Below, piece after piece: positions 28,401 through 40,867 of a DNA stretch of 64,000 nt. Source of the DNA: Eledone cirrhosa (Eukaryota). Every line of letters begins with the position of its first letter. Positions within the stretch are counted from its first letter, which is position 1. Location: the NCBI GenBank assembly GCA_964016885.1, contig OZ024740.1, positions 213,466,001 through 213,530,000 of the forward strand, given 5' to 3'. The position numbers and the translations under genes were made by a program. The notes below the pieces were generated by a model. The model worked only from the letters and a program-made list of their open reading frames with translations, made no database searches and was not told where the DNA came from.

Positions 28401-31400
28401 CTGGGTGACTGTTCTAGAACCAGAACTACCACTTTATATGGTTAACTGGGTGACTGTTCTAGATCCAGAACTACCACTTTATATGGTGAACTGGGTGACT
28501 GTTCTAGAACCAGAACTACCACTTTATATGGTGAACTGGCTGACTGTTCTAGAACCAGAACTACCACTTTATATGGTAGACTGGGTGACTGTTCTAGAAC
28601 CAGAACTACCACTTTATATGGTGAACTGGGTGACTGTTCTAGAACCAGAACTACCACTTTATATGGTGGACTGGGTGACTGTTCTAGAACCAGAACTACC
28701 ACTTTATATGGTGAACTGGGTGACTGTTCTAGAACCAGAACTACCACTTTATATGGTGAACTGGGTGACTGTTCTAGAACCAGAACTACCACTTTATATG
28801 GTAGACTGGGTGACTGTTCTAGAACCAGAACTACCACTTTATATGGTGAACTGGGTGACTGTTCTAGAACCAGAACTACCACTTTATATGGTGAACTGGG
28901 TGACTGTTCTAGAACCAGAACTACCACTTTATATGGTGAACTGGGTGACTGTTCTAGAACCGGAACTACCACTTTATATGGTGAACTGGGTGACTGTTCT
29001 AGAACCAGAACTACCACTTTATATGGTGAACTGGGTGACTGTTCTAGAACCAGAACTACCACTTTATATGGTAGACTGGGTGACTGTTCTAGAACCAGAA
29101 CCAGAACTAACACTTTATATGGTGAACTGGGTGACTGTTCTAGAACCAGAACTACCACTTTATATGGTGAACTGGGTGACTGTTCTAGAACCAGAACTAC
29201 CACTTTATATGGTGAACTGGGTGACTGTTCTAGAACCAGAACTACCACTTTATATGGTGAACTGGGTGACTGTTCTAGAACCAGAACTACCACTTTATAT
29301 GGTAGACTGGGTGACTGTTCTAGAACCAGAACTACCACTTTATATGGTGGACTGGGTGACTGTTCTAGAACCAGAACTACCACTTTATATGGTGAACAGG
29401 GTGACTGTTCTAGAACCAGAACTACCACTTTATATGGTGAACTGGGTGACTGTTCTAGAACCAGAACTACCACTTTATATGGTGAACTGGGTGACTGTTC
29501 TAGAACCAGAACTACCACTTTATATGGTGAACTGGGTGACTGTTCTAGAACCAGAACTAGCACTTTATATGGTGAACTGGGTGACTGTTGTAGAACCAGA
29601 ACTACCACTTTATATGGTAAACTGGGTGACTGTTCTAGAACCAGAACTACCACTTTATATGGTGAACTGGGTGACTGTTCTAGAACCAGAACTACCACTT
29701 TATATGGTGAACTGGGTGACTGTTCTAGAACCAGAACTACCACTTTATATGGTGAACTGGGTGACTGTTCTAGAACCAGAACTACCACTTTATATGGTGA
29801 ACTGGGTGACTGTTCTAGAACCAGAACTACCACTTTATATGGTAGACTGGGTGACTGTTCTAGAACCAGAACTACCACTTTATATGGTGAACTGGGTGAC
29901 TGTTCTAGAACCAGAACTACCACTTTATATGGTGAACTGGGTGACTGTTCTAGAACCAGAACTACCACTTTATATGGTGAACTGGGTGACTGTTCTAGAA
30001 CCAGAACTACCACTTTATATGGTAGACTGGGTGACTGTTCTAGAACCAGAACTACCACTTTATATGGTGAACTGGGTGACTGTTCTAGAACCAGAACTAC
30101 CACTTTATATGGTGAACTGGGTGACTGTTCTAGAACCAGAACTACCACTTTATATGGTGAACTGGGTGACTGTTCTAGAACCAGAAACTACCACTTTATA
30201 TGGTGAATTGGGTGACTGTTCTAGAACCAGAACTACCACTTTATATGGTGAACTGGGTGACTGTTCTAGAACCAGAACTACCACTTTATATGGTGAACTG
30301 GGTGACTGTTCTAGAACCAGAACTACCACTTTATATGGTAGACTGGGTGACTGTTCTAGAACCAGAACTACCACTTTATATGGTGAACTGGGTGACTGTT
30401 CTAGAATCAGAACTACCACTTTATATGGTGAACTGGGTGACTGTTCTAGAACCAGAACTACCACTTTATATGGTGAACTGGGTGACTGTTCTAGAACCAG
30501 AACTACCACTTTATATGGTGAACTGGGTGACTGTTCTAGAACCAGAACTACCACTTTATATGGTGAATTGGGTGACTGTTCTAGAACCAGAACTACCACT
30601 TTATATGGTGAACTGGGTGACTGTTCTAGAACCAGAACTACCACTTTATATGGTGAACTGGGTGACTGTTCTAGAACCAGAACTACCACTCTATATGGTG
30701 AACTGGGTGACTGTTCTAGAACCAGAACTACCACTTTATATGGTGAACTGGGTGACTGTTCTAGAACCAGAACTACCACTTTATATGGTAGACTGGGTGA
30801 CTGTTCTAGAACCAGAACTACCATTTTATATGGTGAACTGGATGACTGTTCTAGAACCAGAACTACCACTTTATATGGTGAACTGGGTGACTGTTCTAGA
30901 ACCAGAACTACCACTTTATATGGTGAATTAGGTGACTGTTCTAGAACCAGAACTACCACTTTATATGGTAGACTGGGTGACTGTTCTAGAACCAGAACTA
31001 CCACTTTATATGGTGAACTGGGTGACTGTTCTAGAACCAGAACTACCACTTTATATGTTAAACTGGGTGACTGTTCTAGAACCAGAACTACCACTTTATA
31101 TGGTGGACTGGGTGACTGTTCTAGAACCAGAACTACCACTTTATATGGTGGACTGGGTGACTGTTCTAGAACCAGAACTACCACTTTATATGGTGAACAG
31201 GGTGACTGTTCTAGAACCAGAACTACCACTTTATATGGTGAACTGGGTGACTGTTCTAGAACCAGAACTACCACTTTATATGGTGAACTGGGTGACTGTT
31301 CTAGAACCAGAACTACTACTTTATATGGTGAACTGGGTGACTGTTCTAGAACCAGAACTACCACTTTATATGGTAGACTGGGTGACTGTTCTAGAACCAG

Positions 31401-33085
31401 AACTACCACTTTATATGGTGAACTGGGTGACTGTTCTAGAACCAGAACTACCACTTTATATGGTGAACTGAGGTGACTGTTCTAGAACCAGAACTACCAC
31501 TTTATATGGTGAACTGGGTGACTGTTCTAGAACCAGAACTACCACTTTATATGGTAGACTGGGTGACTGTTCTAGAACCAGAACTACCACTTTATATGGT
31601 GAACTGGGTGACTGTTCTAGAACCAGAACTACCACTTTATATGGTGAACTGGGTGACTGTTCTAGAACCAGAACTACCACTTTATATGGTAGACTGGGTG
31701 ACTGTTCTAGAACCAGAACTACCACTTTATATGGTGAACTGGGTGACTGTTCTAGAACCAGAACTACCACTTTATATGGTGAACTGGGTGACTGTTCTAG
31801 AACCAGAACTACCACTTTATATGGTGAACTGGGTGACTGTTCTAGAACCAGAACTACCACTTTATATGGTGAACTGGGTGACTGTTCTAGAACCAGAACT
31901 ACCACTTTACATGGTGAACTGGGTGACTGTTCTAGAACCAGAACTACGACTTTATATGGTGAACTGGGTGACTGTTCTAGAACCAGAACTACCACTTTAT
32001 ATGGTAGACTGGGTGACTGTTCTAGAACCAGAACTACCACTTTATATGGTGAACTGGGTGACTGTTCTAGAACCAGAACTACCACTTTATATGGTGAACT
32101 AGGTGACTGTTCTAGAACCAGAACTACCACTTTATATGGTAGACTGGGTGACTGTTCTAGAACCAGAACTACCACTTTATATGGTGAACTGGGTGACTGT
32201 TCTAGAACCAGAACTACCACTTTATATGGTGAACTGGGTGACTGTTCTAGAACCAGAACTACCACTTTATATGGTGAACTGGGTGACTGTTCTAGAACCA
32301 GAACTACCACTTCATATGGTAGACTGGGTGACTGTTCTAGAACCAGAACTACCACTTTATATGGTGAACTGGGTGACTGTTCTAGAACCAGAACTACCAC
32401 TTTATATGGTAGACTGGGTGACTGTTCTAGAACCAGAACTACCACTTTATATGGTGAACTGGGTGACTGTTCTAGAACCAGAACTACCACTTTATATGGT
32501 AAACTGGGTGACTGTTCTAGAACCAGAACTACCACTTTATATGGTGAACTGGGTGACTGTTCTAGAACCAGAACTACCACTTTATATGGTGAACTGGGTG
32601 ACTGTTCTAGAACCAGAACTACCACTTTATATGGTGAACTGGGTGACTGTTCTAGAACCAGAACTACCACTTTATATGGTGAACTGGGTGGCTGTTCTAG
32701 AACCAGAACTACCACTTTATATGGTGAACTGGGTGACTGTTCTAGAACCAGAACTACCACTTTATATGGTAGACTGGGTGACTGTTCTAGAACCAGAACT
32801 ACCACTTTATATGGTGAACTGGGTGACTGTTCTAGAACCAGAACTACCACTTTATATGGTGAACTGGGTGACTGTTTTAGAACCAGAACTACCACTTTAT
32901 ATGGTGAACTGGGTGACTGTTCTAGAACCAGAACTACCACTTTATATGGTGAACTGGGTGACTGTTCTAGAACCAGAACTACCACTTTATATGGTGAACT
33001 GGCTGACTGTTCTAGAACCAGAACTACCACTTTATATGGTGAACTGGGTGACTTTTGTTGTAGAACCAGCACTACCACTTTATAG
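16404..33085. repeat. Minisatellite array, 45-bp unit CTTTATATGGTGAACTGGGTGACTGTTCTAGAACCAGAACTACCA, ~370 copies
   Basis: Directly visible tandem repeat with 15-aa periodicity in the ORFs. Nearly every unit has the palindrome GTTCTAGAAC (XbaI site). Confidence 0.99.
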
Positions 33086-33089
33086 GGAA

Positions 33090-33220
33090 CATCATCATTG
33101 TTAATGTCCATTTTCCATGTTTCTATGTATTAGATAGGTTGTTACGTTCTTGGACTCGACCAATCATATCACATGAAACTTATATGTTCCTTTTTGGTAT
33201 GGTTCCTACAGCTGGATGTA
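33090..33220 (-). mobile_element. Degenerate family A SINE 3' fragment
   Basis: CATCATCATTGTTAATGTCCATTTTCCATG...TACAGCTGGATG matches the family A tail. Confidence 0.65.
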
Positions 33221-33569
33221 TATATATCTGTATCTATCCTTTGTGATCCTGTCTCTATTCTTTGTACTCCTAAAGAAGGGCTAAAGCCCGACATGTTAAA
33301 CTTTCTTTACCCTTTTCCATATAAGGTGTGAAACTAATAAGAATTTTTGTACCTCTGTTTTATTGTTTCCTTATATTTGAAAGGGTCGAAGTCAGTGTTG
33401 CAGCATATATACAAACTATATACAATATCGATTAGCTCAGGGTACAATCAAGGTGATGGAGCTCAACCCTTTTTTGACATCTCGTCAGATATGCGAACTT
33501 ATATGTGCAAAGACACATCAAAACAGCATTGAGTGCTTTGAACTGCATGCCATCTTAACTGTTGTTACA

Positions 33570-35044
33570 CACCTAACATATATAAATACACAAACCAAAT
33601 AAACCCAGCCATCCTATCATTTCTGCTGCAACTTCCCGACCAAAATCATCTCAGAATACTTGGAAACCCTCCTCGGCCCGTTAATTGTCAACTTCTCCTT
33701 CCACATCCACGACACCAATCATGCCCTTAGACTCTTTAACTGCTTTCCCTTCCCACCTGGCCCCTCTTGCCTTCTCTCCACCCTGGACATCACCTCTCTC
33801 TATACCATCATCCCTCATGATGATGGCCTCCGCGCTCTCTGACCTTGTTTTGACCCTCAATGGGTTTTCCTTTTCTGGTGAATTCTATCAGCCCGTCTCT
33901 GGGGTAGCAATGGGAACCAAAATGGGCCTAAACCATGCCAACTTGTTTGTTGGCTACGTCGAAGCACAGATCTTCTCCCAGTACTCTGAACCTACTCATG
34001 AACTATACAGTCATATCGACGACTGAATCAGCACCACCTCTCTATCACGTTAACAGCTCGACTGCTTTCTCTCTTTTGTTCAAACTTTCCATCCTGCTCT
34101 CACCTTCACCATCTCCGTCTCCAATTCTTCTGTCCCTTTTCTCGATATCTCTTTATCTATCAATCACATTCACCACACCCTCTCTACTTCCATCTTCTAT
34201 AAACCTACTGACTCTTACCTCGACTCCACCTCCTCCCATCCAACCCACACCAAACTCTCCATACCCTACTCTCAATCCCTCCGTCTTCATCGGCTCTGTA
34301 GCCAGGACCACGATTTCGAAACCCATTCCTTCACATGACCTCCCGCTTCATCCAGTGTCGATATCCCCCCCCCCCTCCCTGATCCAAGTCGCTCTCACCC
34401 ACGCCTGTGAAACCAACCATACCACAGCTCTCTCACCCCCGCCAGCGCCCTCCCAACACCTGCCTTCCTTTCCCTCTCACCTACCACTCCAGCAACATAT
34501 TCTCTGTTCTGACCCGCCACTTCTCATTTTTTTCCTCACCCACCTATCACCGCTTTTAAGCACGCCCGTAATCTCCGCAGCCTCCTGATACGCATTTCCT
34601 TCTCGTCCTCTCCTACGACTCCACCTAGCTCTCATCCTTGTTCTCGCCCCGCTGTAACACTTGTCCTTTCATTTGTAACCTCACCACTCTCACATGCACC
34701 AACGGTTCATTCTGTGTCCGCCACTCCTTCACTTGCACCTCCACCCACGTTGTCTATGCCCTCCGGTGTTCCCTTCGTAGGTCCTCCTTATACATCAGAC
34801 AAATGGGACACCATTTGGCGGCCCGTTTTGCTGAACATTCGAGGGACAGACATTCGGCTCAATATGGATACGCTCGTCACTCATCATTTCTGTTCCCCCG
34901 GTCACTCTTCCCTACATGTCTGTCATTAGTGTCTTTTTACATCACGGATGACAGGCCTCACACATCAGGACTGAACAGAGTCTGATTTTCCACCTTGGAT
35001 CCTGTTTCCCTCTTGGACTCAACTCCCCTCCACAATTTCTTTAA
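33570..35044 (+). mobile_element. Decayed Penelope-like element (Neptune-type): RT, Cys-rich linker and GIY-YIG endonuclease
   Basis: Motifs: KIHKP..P..PIIS; LDITSLYT.IPH; GVAMGTKMG..ANLF; (Y)IDD; YL..TSSHP..K.SIPYSQ.LR; C..PRCNTC; FTC.S..VVY...C; YI.Q....L..RF.EH; terminal PLGLN. Multiple stops and frameshifts. A pLTR-like piece lies upstream at ~33230-33370. Confidence 0.92.
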
Positions 35045-35737
35045 TATTACACATATATGTTCGTGCTTACTTCTTTACCCTGTGACTCATCCCCCCCCCC
35101 CCCCCCCGTCACGTTTACTCTGTCCATTATCACACAAGCACTTGTACATTCACCCCTAGATTCCTATGGCTCTCTTATAGTCAGAAACATATACTCTTAC
35201 AGCTGATACAGACTAACAAAATATGCACAGTCTACTTTTCCCTTCATAGCTCTGTATACACACACTACTCCCTTATATTAACATGCTTTTGCTCACATCT
35301 TCATACTTACAAGCACACTCTTTTACTTACATATACACACACATATCCTCTTAAGTCCGTATGGACGTATAATACCACACACACACTCATACGCACACGT
35401 ATAGCTCTATATACAAAATGTTTTTTTTTACCATTTCCATCCACTTTTATAAAAAAAGTATATCATACACAAAACGCCAGCATCAACAGTTTTCCAAGAG
35501 ATGGCAACATGAATGGACCTATCATTTTTCTCTAAAAACATTTTTTCCAATTCCACCCTGCCCATCCCTTCAATCTATCTAATTTCTCATTCTTTCTTCT
35601 GATGAAGGACAAAATATTAAGACCCTCTTCCTGCTCTTTCAAGCATTAAACTAATATATTCCTTCCATATACTGTACCGATTGTGTTGTTATTTCTGTTT
35701 ACCTTTTTCACACACACACACACATATATATATATAA

Positions 35738-36135
35738 TAATTGTTTCTACTTTTGACACAAGGCCAACAATTACGACAGTGCATAACTGGTACTTTATTT
35801 TATCAACCCCATAAGGATGAAAGGCAAAGCTAACCTTGGCAGAATTTGAAATCAGAACGTAAAGGGCCATAACTCTATGTTGCAAAGCCTGATGTTCTAG
35901 CGATACTGCCAATCCACTGCCCTTATCTTAACTATAATAAAGAAAGGAGTGCGGGACTGCATCCAGAATATATTTTTTTATCCCGTTTGTAAAATAAGTT
36001 GGATTACTTTGAATAAATAATTGTTTCTACTTTTGGCACAAGGCCAGCAATTATCCCAGTGTATTACTGGTACTTTATTTTATCGACCCCGTAAGGATGA
36101 ATGGCAAAGTTAACCTCGGCGGGATTTGAACTCAG
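35738..36135 (-). mobile_element. Two family B SINE copies (35738-35925 and 36018-36135)
   Basis: Reverse complement of the 15629 element: TTGTTTCTACTTTTGGCACAAGGCCAGC...GGTACTTTATTTTATCGACCCC...GATTTGAACTC. Confidence 0.85.
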
Positions 36136-36367
36136 TCCAATGAATGAATATTACATAATTTATCTACTAAATTTTGTGGCTGTTTATTAAATATATTTTC
36201 AAATTGAGACAAGTCAGATCAGGTGACCGTGTCTTGCTTATACAGAACTGTTTCAGACATTTTAAGAAGAAGAAAAAGAAAAAGAAAAAGAATGATGATA
36301 CAAAGGATTTAATAATTATTTCATAAATTCTAGAAAATCTCAGGGAAATGAAAATGAAGCTGACCCA

Positions 36368-36450
36368 AACATTACCAGAATGTCTGGCATTATTACCAGA
36401 ATGTCTGGCATTATCAGAAGTATCTGGCACTATCAGAAGTTGTTTCTGGC
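36368..36450. repeat. Short 21-24 bp tandem repeat (ATTACCAGAATGTCTGGC), ~4 copies
   Basis: Directly visible. Confidence 0.7.
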
Positions 36451-36974
36451 AGATATCAATCCTTTACTTGGTATTAACCTGACTATCCACCATAGTACAG
36501 TTTAAGTTTAATTACAACAATCATCACCACCAGTAATGCACTTGGGTAATTGCTGGCCTTGTGCCAAAAGCAGAAACAATTATTTGGTAAACAGAAGGGG
36601 TGGGGTGGGGCAACAACTAAAGAAAAGTTGAAATGGAGAAGAAGTCACATAATGTATTGAGATCACTCTTAAAGCCATTAAAGATTTTGTGGTTGAAGTG
36701 TTAGACTCACAATCATAGGTCATGTGTTGGAATCTTGGACTGGTTGGTAGATTGTATTCTTGAACAAGATAATTTTGTATTGCTTTTCGTGATAGGACTG
36801 GTAAAAAAAACCTCCTTTGTGATACAACCCCATGAAGGGCAGATAAACCTACATAGGTCTGAGCTGTAAATTAATTTGTTTCCCCATTAAAGATTTAACT
36901 TAAGTAATACTAAATGAAACGTGTTTGGCTTCTGTAGAATTTACATAAAAATTAATATAAAGAATAATGTACTA

Positions 36975-37260
36975 ATGTGCAGATGTGGTGCAAGAGAGAA
37001 GAGTGCGTTGGTACTGACATGTGATGTGCATGGACCACCAACGGGTGAAAAAATGTCAGGAAATCCCAGTGGGAAAAAGTCGCAATAGAGGACAACCAAG
37101 AAAGACCTGGACAGAGGTTGTGAGAGCTGACCTCAAATCACTGAGCGTAGCAGAGGAGAAGACGAAAGAACATGACAAGTGGAGAGAAGCCATGCTGAGA
37201 AAGACCTGTCCAACCCATGCAAGCATGGAAAAGCAAACATAAAACCAATGATGATGATGT
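36975..37260 (+). mobile_element. RTE LINE 3' fragment with (GAT)n tail
   Basis: VKKCQEIPVGKSRNRGQPRKTWTEVVRADL matches the C-terminus of the 51498-54715 LINE family. Tail CCAACCCATGCAAGCATGGAAAAG..GATGATG. Confidence 0.85.
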
Positions 37261-37717
37261 GCAGAGACACTATGAGGAATAGACTGTGCATGAGTATATC
37301 ATCCTTTACATTAATTCTATATTCTTGGCTACGTATATTTTTGTTTATATAAAAATAGTTTAAAAGTTGTCAAAATCTAGTGGGTAGTTTTGCAAAATGT
37401 ATTATTGCAAAAAAAAAAAAAAAAAATTCTATAAGACATTCTTTCATTTCCTTCCTGAAATCAACAGAAAATTCAGTTTCTCTAATATGAATAGTTTTTT
37501 TTTTTTTCTTTTTGTAAATGATTTATATAATTTTAAAATATGAAGAAATAAAAATAAAATAGTGAATTGTCACAAGAAAACTGTTTTAATAGATTCTCAC
37601 AAGTCTGGGATTGCAAAGACTACCTACAAGTCATGTCCTTCCCCCTCCTTGGATTAAGAATAATATAAAGTTCCCCCTCCTCGACCATTTGATGTTACTT
37701 TTGTTAAGGTGTACATA

Positions 37718-38031
37718 TGAGGGTTGGCTGAAAAGTTCATAGGCTGACTATGAAGGCGAGATGCTAGAGCAGTGATATCTTGAATGGATTAATTTTAAAT
37801 TCTTCTTATTAATAACTGCATTGTTTCTTTCCAGGGACTATGCTGAAAATATATACCTTATTTGGTCATTCCATGAGAATACCTTGGTCAGCCTATGAAG
37901 GAATGATGTTGTTAGAGCTGTGAAATCTTACAAGCATTAATTTCAACTCTTCTTATTAATAACTACATTGTTTCTTTCCAGAGACTTGAAATGTATGTTA
38001 GTCAGCCTATGAACTTTTCAGCTAACCCTCG
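37718..38031. mobile_element. Tc1/mariner-type non-autonomous element (MITE)
   Basis: ~31-bp terminal inverted repeats (T/C)GAGGGTTGGCTGAAAAGTTCATAGGCTGACT and AGTCAGCCTATGAACTTTTCAGCTAACCCTCG. Flanked by TA on the left and TG on the right. Internal ~85-bp duplication. Confidence 0.85.
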
Positions 38032-38121
38032 TGGATTACAACACTAAATCTTCAAAGAAGTAATTAGTATTAACCTATTCTAAGTGGATATATGAAATGT
38101 CCAGTAGCTTAAAACTATTAA

Positions 38122-38590
38122 TCATCATCATCGTTTAACGACCATTTTCCACACTAGCATAGGTTAGATGGGTTGTCTCATTATAGGCAAGTTGGATCAG
38201 GTGACCATGTCTTGCAAATATAGAACTGTTTCTGGCTTGGTTTCTATGACTGGATGCCCTTCCTAACGCCAACCACATTTACAGTGTGTTGGGTGCTTTT
38301 AACCGTAAATCCTACAAAACCACTTTACAGTGTGAGCTGAGTGCTTTTTGTTGTGACACCTACACGACCACTTTACATTGGTTATTTTTTCATATTCTCT
38401 CCTAAAATGTTTTTTTTTTCAGAAGTTTAAATTGAATATTAACCACTATACCTCCATCCACCTACTTCTAAACACACCACCCAGTCCACACTGTAAAGTG
38501 GTCGTGTAGGTATCACAACAAAATGTATCCAACCCACACTGTAAAGTGGTCGTATAGGTGTCATGACAAAAAGCACTTAGCCACACAGTG
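38122..38590. mobile_element. Family A SINE (-, 38122-38380) with 2-3 internal ~47-bp units, plus an inverted block of the same units (+, 38480-38590)
   Basis: CCACTTTACAGTGTGAGCTGAGTGCTTTTTGTTGTGACACCTACACGA is repeated. 38480-38590 carries reverse-complement units. Confidence 0.8.
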
Positions 38591-39289
38591 GCCCATTTTA
38601 TATAATTGAAAACGAAAGTAGAATTAGCTGCTTTTTCAGTAGATCGATCAATCACGTGCTGGATTTTGTTTTTTGAATGCTTTTGTAAAGAAAAAAAAAA
38701 GATGAAAATATTTTAGAAGGAACATTTTTCAAAATAATTCTAATTATCTGACTTCATTATTCTTTTGTGGAATAATTTGCCTAAAATACGTAAAAATTAA
38801 AACAAGTGCGCTGTTTAGAGGTTAAGTGCATCGAGTTACGTTCCTTTATACCAAAACTTAAGACGGGTGGTGACAATCGGTCATACCCCAAAAAATCCCC
38901 TGATCCAAAGAAGCGGAACCTAGCCCAGCATAAAAATAGATGGATGGTGACAGTCGGTCATACCAACCAAAAATCCCTTAGTCCAAAGAGGAAGACCGTA
39001 ACCCACCATAAAAAATACAACTAAAAAACGAACAATTCATTCACGATTGCCAAACAAATAACAGATTATTTTGATGTCTTAAAGGAATGATAAATTAACA
39101 AATTTAAAATTTGTTGTAATCTGCCATTTATTTTTTTTTTCTATTTTATTGAGTATTCATTTTATTAAGGCTGTTGTATAAAAAGAGATATGATAATACT
39201 TCTAGAACGAAAGCACAAACAAATATAATATAAAGGAAAGGGAAAACAGAAAGAAAAAAAGTAAAAGTATCGCGAGGAGCACTGGCAAA

Positions 39290-39885
39290 CCTCTCTAATA
39301 ATTTTTGAGGCAAGCCAGCTCACTCGCAGCGTTACCTCGAGTGATGGCGAGGCTGAGGTGCTGGACGGGCTTCACCAGTTACCTCTGTTAGGCGAGCCCC
39401 AATGAAGATAGGAATCTTGCAGTCAGTAGCCCAACTCCCCCATATGTCTCGAACGCCACAGGCTGGAAAATATAGTTGGCCGACAGATCAGGGTATTCTA
39501 AGATTTTGTTCCGTTCGGCTGCGGCTCTCGCCCTAACCGCAGCATCCAGGATGTGGGAAGAAGCAAAAGAATCACTAACTGTGACGTTCCAGATAACGCA
39601 TCAGCCTCTCGAACAGGGGCACAGGGTAAGACCGTCAGGGATTTTCCCATCACTTCTGGACAACCTAGATGGTTCCAATATTATGGGGATGTTTGCCAGA
39701 GCCAAAGCTCTCTTGAAAATAAGGTTTAGCTCCGTGTAACGCACGAAGTGACCGGCATTCAGGCGGCAAGAAAGACCGTGTAGGCCTGTGGAGTCGAGGA
39801 GTTTGCCACAACGACATATCAAACTCGTATAGACATCAATTCCCACTCTGGGGGAAATGGAGACACGAACAATACGCAACACGTT
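39290..39885 (-). mobile_element. CRE-like non-LTR retrotransposon 3' fragment (Zn knuckle and restriction-like endonuclease)
   Basis: CRCG...GLHGLSC...R..ELN..KRAL..A.IP.ILEP..L.RSDGK.PDGLTL, then PVAFET.G and RGNAA. A second copy lies at 56735-57212. Confidence 0.8.
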
Positions 39886-40867
39886 CAAAATTATATATAT
39901 ATATCATTTATGTTGTGTGGTTTAACAATAGATAGATCTGGAGATTGCCGTTAGCAAATAATGATGTAATATGTTAAAACACTCGACGTTATGTAAATCA
40001 TTCATTGTAGATGTGGTATCCCGTGACAGGTGCAAGAACGGAGTTTATTATACATATATACCTCTTCAAATTTAGAAACAAAATACTTTCTTTTTTTTAA
40101 TCTACCATAAGCTTTCAAAAAATATTATTTTATTATTAAATAAATCAGCGAAAACACGTGATAGTTGTCGAGAAAATTCTGTGAATAACGGTTATTCCGA
40201 AATTTACAATGATGCGAATGTATTAAATAAAGAAGAATACATAGTTTACGTATTTTATAAGATGAAATGAAACTTATAGTTTACTAAAATATCGTAGTTT
40301 ACGTATTTTATAAGATATAAGTTTTATGAAGAAATTTTATTCTCTAGTAAATATTCGCACATGACAACCCTTACACACACTCACACACACATCAAAATAT
40401 TTCCCTTTCTTTGGATAAAGAAAAATGGGATTTTTAATTGACACTAACTAATAAAGGATGTTTTGCGTGGAAAGCTCCCATTAAATGATTGTCAATACCC
40501 AAAAATAAGTTCGTTTATTGTGGTTTTTTGATAAGAATTTGTAAATAATGGGTCACGAGGTGTCTGTCAGACGTACGATGTTTGAACAGTGTAAGAAAAA
40601 GCCATCTGTTTTAACACTCACACAAACACATATTGTATGTTTTAACACATACACACATATATTACATGTTTTAACACACACACATAATACATGTTTTAGC
40701 ACATATAATGCATGTTTTTTGTCTTGTTTTATTTTGGTTAGTAATATCGAAAAACCATTTTTACAAACATGAACTGAATTTTGCCGAGCATGACAAAAAA
40801 CAGCTATATGCACACACACACATATACTTTATATATATATATATATATAAAGTATATATATATATAT

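Noticed and set aside
128-33085. CRISPR-like arrays
   Set aside because: The units are contiguous with no unique spacers, there are no cas genes, and the context is eukaryotic.
77-33111. Very long repetitive ORFs on both strands, e.g. (HCGLDCGTNTTTL)n, (YTVGWIVAPTLPP)n and (VNWVTVLEPELPLYM)n, as genuine proteins
   Set aside because: Unit lengths of 39 and 45 bp are multiples of 3, so several frames on both strands are open at once. Frameshifts and stops are copied within blocks, there are no unique termini, and the units derive from non-coding SINE/LINE sequence.
35465-35525. Candidate exon 2 of the RUNDC3-like gene (RSIHVAISWKTVDAG)
   Set aside because: No convincing similarity to the expected FSVKTL..D..F..LEQIL.H pattern, and a poor acceptor context.
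38862-39020. Diverged ~76-bp doublet
   Set aside because: Only two degenerate copies, with no recognizable family or structure.
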